Of a DNA stretch of 40,590 bases, positions 26,427-33,893 are shown piece after piece. Below the pieces are notes generated by a model, which did not search any database, was not told the origin of the DNA, and worked only from the letters and a program-made list of their open reading frames with translations. The stretch covers positions 1 through 40,590 of IMG/VR virus record IMGVR_UViG_3300024999_000209, one strand, 5' to 3'. The translations under genes and the position numbers were made by a program. This stretch comes from a virus. Lineage: Duplodnaviria; Caudoviricetes. Numbering within the stretch: position 1 is the first letter of the stretch; each line of letters starts with the position of its first letter.

Positions 26427-26453
26427 CATTAAATTTACAATTCGTAAAGTACC

Positions 26454-26810
26454 ATGAAAATCCAACAAGCACACGAAAAATTAATAGAAATAAAATGTGT
26501 AAAAATCCCAGAGGGGGCGTTTACTGAGCCGCTGGGTATTACAAAACAAGCAGTAAGCCAAAGATTTAGAAAAAATAGCGAATTGACTGAAGGTCAACTT
26601 AAACAACTTGAAGAATATTTTCAGGTAAATTTATCCGAACCCACGCCCACCATCCATGATAAAAACGATATCCCTGATGAGCTGGGAATAACCGAAAACG
26701 ACTGGAATATGATAACTGATTTAGTTCTTGACCAGAGAGAGGTTTTCTTGCTTATGTGCAAGAAGCTTAAGTCTGACCCGCAGGCGGTCATTAAGTTTCT
26801 TTTTGGCTAA
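26454..26810 (+). CDS. CI-like HTH repressor without an S24 peptidase domain
   Basis: LGITKQAVSQR HTH; divergent from cro. Confidence 0.7.
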   Translation: MKIQQAHEKLIEIKCVKIPEGAFTEPLGITKQAVSQRFRKNSELTEGQLKQLEEYFQVNLSEPTPTIHDKNDIPDELGITENDWNMITDLVLDQREVFLLMCKKLKSDPQAVIKFLFG

Positions 26811-27013
26811 TAATTTAATTTTATTTTTAACGTAATTTTTCGCAACAAAAACACCGCCAGCAGTAACCATTCCCAACACTCCTGTATAACATATAAAGCA
26901 GGGTTACAGCTTACTATACACATTGTAATTACACAATAGATATTTACAAAAGTTATTGTTTTGTGTATACTCAATAAGTATAAAAAGAAAATTCTATTTT
27001 AAAAGGATTTTTA

Positions 27014-27196
27014 ATGTTATTGTATAAAATATTTAGAACCCAAAAAGATTTTGTTTTAAAATATTATAAAAACAAATTTGGTAAAATTATAGTAAAAATA
27101 CAACCAAAGAAAAATTTTTGGCCTGGGGTGTTGGGCAATTTCAGGACAATAAGTTTTGACAATACGGATAGCCAAAGGGAAAAGAATCCTTATTAA
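27014..27196 (+). CDS. Basic hypothetical protein
   Basis: AAGGA RBS; promoter-like TGTGTATACT upstream. Confidence 0.5.
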   Translation: MLLYKIFRTQKDFVLKYYKNKFGKIIVKIQPKKNFWPGVLGNFRTISFDNTDSQREKNPY

Positions 27197-27274
27197 GCAA
27201 ACTTGTTTTGCGCCGCTGGTGATCGAGCCGATTTTAGAGGATTTGTATAATTATAAGCGGGCGGTGGAGGATTT

Positions 27275-28066
27275 TTAATTCTTGTTTATTATTGCGGCAA
27301 TAAGTTTGCTTAAATCGCACTTATAGGTGCCGCTGGTAGTTATACAGTTAATTTCTACTACTTTGGGATAATAATTTCCCTTTATTAAGCATAAATCAAG
27401 GGTAAAATCTTTTAAATGCTTAACTTGTGTTGCAATCATTTTTGCATGGTTAATTATGTAATCTTCCGGTTCCTTTTCTTCCTGTTCTTCCCAAGAATAT
27501 GAGCTATAAGTTACAACCTCGTTATCAAACACCCAGAAGCGCCACTCATGAAGTATTTCTTTATGAGAGGACACCAAAACCAAACAATCTTCATTAGCAG
27601 GACTTAAGAATGATATTTCTTTATCCCATTCTTTTTTACTTACTGAAAACCCTGTAAACGTCTTAAATCCATTATCAGGCTTGATAAATAACTTATCTGA
27701 ATAATAAAGGTGTTTAAATATCTGGTTTTTAAACAAGGCTATCTTTAGAGCCCAAAAAGGCATAAATAAACAATCTTGGTTTAAATAATATTCAGGGAAA
27801 TACTTCATATAATGTGTAACATAAAAATCTAAAGGATTTGCGCCCATTCCAATTAAGCCTGAATGTCTTGCCCAGTTTAAAGGAACGAGTCCTCTTATAT
27901 TTTTTCTACCTATAAGCTGTTTTATGAGGCTTTCGTTTTTAGGCTCAAAATAGTGCCCCCTTATAATTTTAGGGTTCCAGCTTAGGCTTTGTATGATTTT
28001 ACTTGCTTCAAGCAAACTATCTTCACTATCAAAAATCCTACCATGTATTAAAAAATCACCGTTCAT
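27275..28066 (-). CDS. ATP-grasp protein (DUF4343 / R2K-like)
   Basis: LFIKPD..KTFTG, EWRFWV, FTLD, VVEIN...TSG.Y. Confidence 0.8.
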   Translation of the reverse strand: MNGDFLIHGRIFDSEDSLLEASKIIQSLSWNPKIIRGHYFEPKNESLIKQLIGRKNIRGLVPLNWARHSGLIGMGANPLDFYVTHYMKYFPEYYLNQDCLFMPFWALKIALFKNQIFKHLYYSDKLFIKPDNGFKTFTGFSVSKKEWDKEISFLSPANEDCLVLVSSHKEILHEWRFWVFDNEVVTYSSYSWEEQEEKEPEDYIINHAKMIATQVKHLKDFTLDLCLIKGNYYPKVVEINCITTSGTYKCDLSKLIAAIINKN

Positions 28067-28123
28067 AACAATCCTTTCTTTTATTAAATCTCAGGCGGCT
28101 GGCTGGCGTTTCTAGGAGCGTTT

Positions 28124-28327
28124 TTAGTGACGTGCTAGTATTCTAACCTTAGCTTTATTTTTGCAGGCAGGGCATTCTAAAATTAGTCCTTTAAGAGTTT
28201 CATTTGCTATGTGGTACACCGCAATCCATGAATGAAAACACTTGCGGCACTTAACCTCTGCCACAGACCAAACCGGCTTGCCTGCCTCAATGTCTATTAC
28301 GTTGTCACCCAACTCTGGATTTTGCAT
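28124..28327 (-). CDS. Small zinc-ribbon protein
   Basis: CRKC.H.W.AV...LECPAC. Confidence 0.65.
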   Translation of the reverse strand: MQNPELGDNVIDIEAGKPVWSVAEVKCRKCFHSWIAVYHIANETLKGLILECPACKNKAKVRILARH

Positions 28328-28461
28328 AGTATTTCAATTCTCCACAATTTTTACATTTTAAAAGTAAATGTTCCTGTTCAGAATCAATCTCTTTGAGCCT
28401 TATTAACTCACAAGGATTTAAGCCAAATATATGTAAAATTTTATCCATTATTCCCCGCCCT

Positions 28462-28740
28462 CTATACTTCCCAATCTTTATTATATTCTGAGTCGTCAGA
28501 TAATATATTTTTAATACTGCTAACCCATCGGTAAATTATTTTTTTAGCAATTAATGGCAATTTATTAAACTCTTCTAATCTTAAATGTAATAATAATAAC
28601 TCTCCATAAAAACCTTCTATAGACCAACGCTGCTCCCAAGGAGTTTTAATATTTTCAGCTATTATTAAAAGTTTTCTAAAATCATTTTCTACAATATTAA
28701 AATGTTCTTTTTCAAATTTTATCCTTTTAAATAGAGTCAT
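28462..28740 (-). CDS. Hypothetical protein flanked by 13-bp direct repeats
   Basis: ATTCCCCGCCCTC at 28450-28462 and 28739-28751. Confidence 0.65.
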   Translation of the reverse strand: MTLFKRIKFEKEHFNIVENDFRKLLIIAENIKTPWEQRWSIEGFYGELLLLHLRLEEFNKLPLIAKKIIYRWVSSIKNILSDDSEYNKDWEV

Positions 28741-28871
28741 TCCCCGCCCTCCCGCAGTTCCTTGTCAAATATTAGTGGTCTTTTTAAAGCCTCTGCCAGC
28801 TTCTCATTATACTTAGGTGGCTTGCTAAGCTCGTTCAACAACCATTCAAAATCTTCTTTTTCAAGTTCCAT
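28737..28871 (-). CDS. 44-aa peptide resembling the DUF1778 antitoxin C-terminus
   Basis: MELEKEDFEWLLNELSKPPKYNEKLAEALKRPLIFDKELREGGE. Confidence 0.6.
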   Translation of the reverse strand: MELEKEDFEWLLNELSKPPKYNEKLAEALKRPLIFDKELREGGE

Positions 28872-29013
28872 TTCGCAGTTCCTTCAAAATTTCCTGCCTG
28901 AACCCCCGGCGCCGGTAGCGCACGAGCTGGCGCTTGCCGTAGGGAGATTTGTCCTGCTGGCACCAACAATATTTATATGATACTTTTGCTTCATTTGCGT
29001 TTTTTGGGCGCAT
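28861..29013 (-). CDS. 50-aa basic hypothetical protein
   Basis: MRPKNANEAKVSYKYCWCQQDKSPYGKRQLVRYRRRGF... Confidence 0.5.
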   Translation of the reverse strand: MRPKNANEAKVSYKYCWCQQDKSPYGKRQLVRYRRRGFRQEILKELRNGT

Positions 29014-29524
29014 GGCCTTTCCCCTTATTGTATTCAAATGTCCAACCTTTTGTATGCTTGCGTTTTCCTATTAAGCAACTTAAGATGTTTCCCCTGTTTA
29101 AGTTGCGTAAGCGTGCAAATTCTCTTTGATTATTGACAATAAAAACTTCACCAGAAGGCGATATCGCCTTTATTGAATATGATTTTGATTTATTAATCTG
29201 TTGTTCTCTACATGTTGCCCATCTACAATTATTGGGTTCATAATTGCCATTAATATCAATTCTTTCTAAAGTTGTTTGTTTTTCTCCAAACTCTTCTACA
29301 TGTTTTAAATAAGATTCATACATATCTTCTTTAAAATTTTCAAATTTCAACCATCTATCACAAATTTTAATACCCCTGCCTCCATAATTCTTATAATTGC
29401 TAGCCGTGGGAGCAAGGCAGCGAAATTTCATACCTGCCAATATTACATAAAATCTTGTTCTAGATAAACCATGCTTATAGCTGTAATTATATCCTTTTGC
29501 AAATTGTCCATTAGGTTTTTTCAT
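28991..29524 (-). CDS. HNH homing-type endonuclease with a C-terminal NUMOD1-like HTH
   Basis: YGGRGIKICDRW..FENF, TLERIDINGNYEPNNCRWAT, I..CL.GKRK.TKGW.F.Y. Confidence 0.85.
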   Translation of the reverse strand: MKKPNGQFAKGYNYSYKHGLSRTRFYVILAGMKFRCLAPTASNYKNYGGRGIKICDRWLKFENFKEDMYESYLKHVEEFGEKQTTLERIDINGNYEPNNCRWATCREQQINKSKSYSIKAISPSGEVFIVNNQREFARLRNLNRGNILSCLIGKRKHTKGWTFEYNKGKGHAPKKRK

Positions 29525-29709
29525 TGCGCCTGCCTCCGGTTAGTCTACTTAACCCTAATAAGTGTTTTATTCTTAGCCTGCCTATTTAATTCAATGATAT
29601 ATTTTTTTAGCTCGCAAACCTGCTCGGCGGTTAAAGTTATTTTAGAACCTGGTTTAAAGTCACTGAATAAAAATAATAAAATTGAGTTAATCATCACGCC
29701 CTCCGCTGG

Positions 29710-29877
29710 CTAAAATCCTAAAAATGAAAGCTTGCAAACTGCTATAAGCTTTTTCTTTTCTTTTTGTTCTTCACATTCAAGGTTTAAACAGTAATCGCTA
29801 TGTTTCATGCAATACCCTGTATGACAAAAATTTAAGCATTCTTTTATTTCATTATATTCATTTTTCGTTTTAGTCAT
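29710..29877 (-). CDS. 55-aa Cys-rich hypothetical protein
   Basis: AGGAGG RBS; translated by hand. Confidence 0.5.
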   Translation of the reverse strand: MTKTKNEYNEIKECLNFCHTGYCMKHSDYCLNLECEEQKEKKKLIAVCKLSFLGF

Positions 29878-29900
29878 ATTTCCCTCCTATGGCTGTTAAT

Positions 29901-30077
29901 TTAATCAAAAATAGTTGCTTTTATATCACTTAAAACAATATGGCGGCCTTGTTTTTCATAAACCTGCATGCATTGCGGGCAAACCATTCTGTCTATGTCA
30001 AATAAATAATCGCATTTTTTGCATTTTAAAGATTTTCCGTCATTTAAAATACGCCAGCTCGGTACACCAACGCTCAT
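29901..30077 (-). CDS. 58-aa zinc-ribbon protein
   Basis: CKKC...CPQC; ATGA coupling. Confidence 0.55.
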   Translation of the reverse strand: MSVGVPSWRILNDGKSLKCKKCDYLFDIDRMVCPQCMQVYEKQGRHIVLSDIKATIFD

Positions 30078-30262
30078 GCTAATTCATCCTCCTTGTAATG
30101 ATATGCTTGCGATCTACCCTTTAAAACCCGTAAAGCATTTTTTAATCTATTTTTAAAACACATAACCCCAAAAAAAGGGTAAGGTTTAGCTATGTAATAA
30201 CAGCCGTTTACCTCGACCTTGTTTTCATAGAATTTAATCATATCGTCAATTAATTTACTCAA
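30074..30262 (-). CDS. Hypothetical protein (probable TTG start, MSKLIDD)
   Basis: AAGGAGG 7-8 nt upstream of TTG at 30262. Confidence 0.65.
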   Translation of the reverse strand: MSKLIDDMIKFYENKVEVNGCYYIAKPYPFFGVMCFKNRLKNALRVLKGRSQAYHYKEDELA

Positions 30263-30284
30263 AATAATTTCCTCCTTTTTTAAA

Positions 30285-30326
30285 ATTATATCAGCAATTG
30301 ACACTCAACGCAATACTGTGTAAAAT
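30285..30326. promoter_or_regulatory. Overlapping divergent sigma70 promoters
   Basis: + TTGACA(30298)-17-TAAAAT; - TTGCGT(30313)-17-TATAAT. Confidence 0.75.
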
Positions 30327-30332
30327 ATTATT

Positions 30333-30638
30333 ATGATTAAATTTGGAACTAAATTAAAGCAGTTAAGAATAGTGGCAGGCGTGAGCCAGCGTAAACTTGC
30401 AGAAGCGGCAGGCATAGATTTTACCTATGTTTCAAAGATTGAAAATAACGTATATGCCTCGCCATCAGAGGAAACATTAATCAAAATGGCAGAGCTTTTG
30501 CAGGTCGAAAAGGATTATTTAATCCTGCTGGCTGGTAAAATACCCAGCGATTTAAAAGAGGATTTGCTAGCCCTGCCATACGAGCAGTTCCGGCGGGTGC
30601 TGGCGTTGGTGCGGAAGGTAAAGGAGGAACGGGAATGA
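30333..30638 (+). CDS. XRE-family HTH regulator, probably leaderless
   Basis: FG..LK.LR...G.SQR.LA...GI...Y.SKIE; ATG 6 nt after the -10 box. Confidence 0.88.
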   Translation: MIKFGTKLKQLRIVAGVSQRKLAEAAGIDFTYVSKIENNVYASPSEETLIKMAELLQVEKDYLILLAGKIPSDLKEDLLALPYEQFRRVLALVRKVKEERE

Positions 30639-30793
30639 GAAGCGAACAGGAAATAAAAGAACGTATTGCAAAAGGCAAAAAATATATGGATGAAACTAAA
30701 AACAATCAATACGCTTTATATGAGCGAAGAATGGTCGCAGGAGAGCTTATTGCTCTTGAGTGGGTTTTAAATTTGCCAAAATTTAATTATTAA
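30635..30793 (+). CDS. 52-aa LEWVLN-motif protein, paralogue 1
   Basis: MRSEQEIKER...LIALEWVLN. Confidence 0.7.
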   Translation: MRSEQEIKERIAKGKKYMDETKNNQYALYERRMVAGELIALEWVLNLPKFNY

Positions 30794-30805
30794 AAAGAGG
30801 AATAA

Positions 30806-30958
30806 ATGAAAACAGAAAAAGAAATAAAAAATAAATTAACAAAATTAAAAAAGAGTAATAACAAGAGGCTATGCCCTTTATATACAGAGTTAGGAATGAT
30901 TGAAATTCTTGAATGGGTGTTAAATAAAGAAGCCCGCTCGCTGGGCGTGGCGGAATGA
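30806..30958 (+). CDS. 50-aa LEWVLN-motif protein, paralogue 2
   Basis: MKTEKEIKNK...IEILEWVLN. Confidence 0.7.
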   Translation: MKTEKEIKNKLTKLKKSNNKRLCPLYTELGMIEILEWVLNKEARSLGVAE

Positions 30959-31101
30959 GTGATAAAATAATATGTAAAACCTGTACACACAAAGACGAAA
31001 AAAGCAAAGAAAATGTTTGCTGGATGGACTTAACTCAGGACAAGAAAGAATGCCTGTTCTATTTAAAGGATGGTAAAAATATTCTTGAAGGTGTGGTATA
31101 A
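30955..31101 (+). CDS. 48-aa Cys-rich protein
   Basis: CKTC.H...C...C..Y; ATGA coupling. Confidence 0.55.
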   Translation: MSDKIICKTCTHKDEKSKENVCWMDLTQDKKECLFYLKDGKNILEGVV

Positions 31102-31152
31102 TAATTAAAGTTGACGGCCCAACGTTCTATAAAAACCACGATAGGTCCTAAG

Positions 31153-31215
31153 ATAAAACCGCCCTCTTTAAACCGGATGAATTCCTTCAGTGTTTAAATG
31201 GCGGTTTTTGCTTTT
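31153..31215. terminator. Long bidirectional terminator-like hairpin
   Basis: AAAACCGCC...TTAAAC...GTTTAA...GGCGGTTTTT. Confidence 0.65.
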
Positions 31216-31268
31216 GTGTGCTATAATAATATTACTAAGCGGCCAGTTGCAACTGCGCCGCATTTTTG

Positions 31269-31649
31269 TTAGCTGGCCTGCTGCTGTGCCTGTAAATTGC
31301 GAAGCACTCCACGAAAAAACTTTTTAGGCGTGGTGCGGATTTCTCTCAGGCTACTTAACGTGATATCAACCGCCTGCTTGACTAAAAAAGGGTTTTCCCG
31401 GGCAACCACGGCGCCGCTGTTTGGAACCCCCCAACGGTCAAGCTGGCTAACAATTCGCTTGTAATCGTCTTTGCTTATCCTGTGTATACACGGTGTTATA
31501 CTTTGTTTATACTCTGTTTTTTTATAACCTTGTATAATACCAGGTTTATACTCCGTATTCTGTTCAAAAGGGGGTGAAGTCTTTTGGTAACGCTGGCGAA
31601 GCTGTTCGGCAAGTAACACCTGGTTTAACGATTCGAGATCTTGTGACAT
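31269..31649 (-). CDS. Putative plasmid-mode mini replication initiator
   Basis: Central 11-bp DNA repeats, C-terminal helical PKKFFRGVLRN motif, long regulated leader, divergent par-like gene. Confidence 0.5.
   Translation of the reverse strand: MSQDLESLNQVLLAEQLRQRYQKTSPPFEQNTEYKPGIIQGYKKTEYKQSITPCIHRISKDDYKRIVSQLDRWGVPNSGAVVARENPFLVKQAVDITLSSLREIRTTPKKFFRGVLRNLQAQQQAS
31484..31556. repeat. 11-bp iteron-like repeats inside the putative rep
   Basis: TTATACTTTGT (31496), TTATACTCTGT (31507), TTATACTCCGT (31546), variant GTATACACGGT (31484). Confidence 0.65.
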
Positions 31650-31683
31650 AAATATCCTCCTGGCTAATTTTTCGCATAACCTA

Positions 31684-31756
31684 TTGACGCCCTGGAGGAA
31701 TTTTGTTAATATTAATCTTGAAAGAAATCTTTGCCCTCCGGGGCATTTTTTATTTA
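31684..31756 (+). ncRNA. Candidate antisense countertranscript (promoter, ~37 nt RNA, terminator)
   Basis: TTGACG-17-(TG)TAATAT, then TGCCC-TCCG-GGGCA-TTTTTT; lies within the rep leader. Confidence 0.5.
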
Positions 31757-31773
31757 TATGAAGTTTTTGCCAA

Positions 31774-31814
31774 TTGACTTAAAATAGTATACGATTTTAT
31801 GGTGTACGGGTCAA
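31774..31814. promoter_or_regulatory. Overlapping divergent rep and par promoters
   Basis: - TTGACC-17-TATACT (31814-31786); + TTGACT-18-TATGGT (31774-31803). Confidence 0.65.
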
Positions 31815-31845
31815 GGCATTTTAGAACAGTTTGGGAAAGTTTAGT

Positions 31846-32352
31846 ATGGAAAAATTAAAACTAACTGCCAAAGAATTACAGGACAGGCTTAATTGGAAGA
31901 AGTCAAAAGTATACTATTGGATTAATACGAAAAAGTTTGAAACTGTTGACGCTGAACTCGGATTAAAAATACTCATAACCGAGGCCAAGCTTGAAGAATT
32001 AAAAAATGATAATTCTTCTGAACAGTTTGAAGTAGAGTTTGAAAAAGTTGAGGAAAATTCTAAACCAGTTCAAAACAGTTCTAAAATTTCTGATAATGAA
32101 GTAATTTTGGCCATGCTCAGCATGCTCAAAGATCAACTAAATAACAATAATAATCAAATAAATCTACTTGAAACTTCCGAGAAAAGTACTAAAGATACTT
32201 ACTATGAAGTAAAAGCAAAGTACGAACATTTGCAGGAAATTTACAAACAATTGCAAACTGAACATTCTGAACTAATTAAAAAGTTTGAAGCCCTGCAAAA
32301 AGTTCTTGAAAAAGAACGTAAAAAACCTTTCTGGAAAAGAAATATAATGTAA
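31846..32352 (+). CDS. HTH + coiled-coil protein, plasmid partition-like (pSK1 Par / DUF536-like architecture)
   Basis: LTAKEL...LNWKKSKVYYWI HTH, acidic linker, coiled coil, KKPFWKR tail. Confidence 0.6.
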   Translation: MEKLKLTAKELQDRLNWKKSKVYYWINTKKFETVDAELGLKILITEAKLEELKNDNSSEQFEVEFEKVEENSKPVQNSSKISDNEVILAMLSMLKDQLNNNNNQINLLETSEKSTKDTYYEVKAKYEHLQEIYKQLQTEHSELIKKFEALQKVLEKERKKPFWKRNIM

Positions 32353-32379
32353 TTTACAATCTTACAAAAGGAGGATTTT

Positions 32380-32565
32380 ATGGGATTCTTTGAAAAACAC
32401 GGCATTAGTGATCCAATGGAATTTGTAAAAGATGAAATTAAATTTAATGAATTTTATGAAAGTCTTACAAATGAAGATATCAAGGAGCTTTTAAAAGAAT
32501 ATTCAGACAATTATATAGAAAACATTAGGCTTAAAAAGGAACAACTAAACAAAAGAAAACGATAA
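32380..32565 (+). CDS. Hypothetical protein
   Basis: AAGGAGGA RBS. Confidence 0.65.
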   Translation: MGFFEKHGISDPMEFVKDEIKFNEFYESLTNEDIKELLKEYSDNYIENIRLKKEQLNKRKR

Positions 32566-32605
32566 AAAAGCCCAGCAAGTTCAGAGGATTGCCGGGCTGG
32601 GTTTT
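32564..32605. terminator. Terminator between convergent operons
   Basis: A-run then AGCCC.GCAA...TTGC.GGGCT. Confidence 0.6.
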
Positions 32606-32625
32606 ACTATATTGGGAGGAGGTTT

Positions 32626-33117
32626 TTAGTATTTCCATTTATTTTTGCGCATAGCAAATTTGACTGCCTGGTATTTCATCCAGGCACCATCGCCGAATAG
32701 TTTTGTAAATTTACCCCATTTTTTAACGCCATTGTCTAGCATTGCATGGTAAAACATATCTTGAGCATCATCCCAGCTGCACACAGGCGCACCGCTTAAT
32801 CCTCTTTCGCAAACATAATCGTGCAAAATTCCACCTACTAGCGGGCAGCCCCAAGAATTAGTCTCAACAATGGCCGCTTTGGTTTCCCCATTTTCAATTA
32901 GTTCTTTTACGGCAAAGTAGTTGTCGCCTGTTAAATGTTCCAGGACATCTGGATTGCTGTGACCATTGGTCAAAAAGTCTATTGGTATAGTAATCTTTTT
33001 GCCTTTGTATTCATAGATATACGGTTTTGTTATACGTAAAAGGAATTTTTCTTTGTCCCAGATAGGACCATTTTTGCCCCAGATTGCTTCAAATTCTCCT
33101 TTTTGTATCCAGCTCAT
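32626..33117 (-). CDS. DUF1353-like protein
   Basis: ITIP.DF.TNG.S.P, ILHDY, D.F..AM...GV motifs; in the lysis region. Confidence 0.7.
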   Translation of the reverse strand: MSWIQKGEFEAIWGKNGPIWDKEKFLLRITKPYIYEYKGKKITIPIDFLTNGHSNPDVLEHLTGDNYFAVKELIENGETKAAIVETNSWGCPLVGGILHDYVCERGLSGAPVCSWDDAQDMFYHAMLDNGVKKWGKFTKLFGDGAWMKYQAVKFAMRKNKWKY

Positions 33118-33129
33118 AATTTGACTCCT

Positions 33130-33522
33130 TTACTTATCGACTTCTCCAAAGTAAACGCCCGGTTTGTCCGGGAATGTGGCAACGTGAATGAAATTAGATT
33201 TTTTATACCAGATCACTTCTTTGAAAAGACCGATATTTTTAGCAACGTGAAACAAAGCTGGAAGATCATTACAAGTTAAATCTGTTGCATCGGCTTCTTT
33301 TGTGCTTGCTTGATGCCTGCTACTAGGAACACCTCCAACGCTGGCATTGTGCTTCATACACCTACACCCAGAAGTTACTGTCAGTTTTAATCCATATCTG
33401 TACCGTAATGCCTGCAGGTTAACTAAATGCTGATTACTCATATTAAAAAGCTTGCAGCCGCACTTGCAGCGTAATTCCAGCTCTGTAAAGTTTTTAATCT
33501 CTGCTTTCAGCGTCATTGTCAA
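33130..33522 (-). CDS. Peptidase M15-family endolysin
   Basis: NF...EL.CKCGC, VTSGCRC.KHN..VGG..SSRH, ATD, FIHV. Confidence 0.85.
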   Translation of the reverse strand: MTMTLKAEIKNFTELELRCKCGCKLFNMSNQHLVNLQALRYRYGLKLTVTSGCRCMKHNASVGGVPSSRHQASTKEADATDLTCNDLPALFHVAKNIGLFKEVIWYKKSNFIHVATFPDKPGVYFGEVDK

Positions 33523-33664
33523 ACCCTCCGGTCATTGTATCCAGCTCGCCGAATAACATCTCGGCATACTCGTAAAGCTTAGCCTCCCGGCTCGAGAAAT
33601 CCGGGTCCAGGTAATCCTTTAATTTTTTAAACTTAGCTTTGAATAGGTGTAGCGTGGTGGTCAT
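33494..33664 (-). CDS. Hypothetical protein (start MTTTLH)
   Basis: ATGA coupling to the upstream gene. Confidence 0.5.
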   Translation of the reverse strand: MTTTLHLFKAKFKKLKDYLDPDFSSREAKLYEYAEMLFGELDTMTGGFDNDAESRD

Positions 33665-33873
33665 TTTAACACCTGAAACAATCCCCATAGGAAAGCACCT
33701 ACTCCACCAAGGGAATAAACTATTTTGCTGAAAAGCTTATTGTCTGATTCAAGGGTATCAACACGCTGGGAAAGCCCTTTTGTGCCATTTCCGCAAATGC
33801 AAACATACATAGCGGATATTTTTTTCTCCATTTCAATTACTCTGTCTTCGTACTTGCAGCTATGCTCTTTCAT
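33661..33873 (-). CDS. XhlA-like / holin-like protein
   Basis: NG..GL..RV..LE motif and a C-terminal TM. Confidence 0.6.
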   Translation of the reverse strand: MKEHSCKYEDRVIEMEKKISAMYVCICGNGTKGLSQRVDTLESDNKLFSKIVYSLGGVGAFLWGLFQVLK

Positions 33874-33893
33874 TGCGCTATATCCTCAACAAA

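Noticed and set aside
30481-31007. Four - strand ORFs listed in the track
   Set aside because: The + strand has coupled, RBS-led ORFs (XRE, two LEWVLN proteins), so these are shadows
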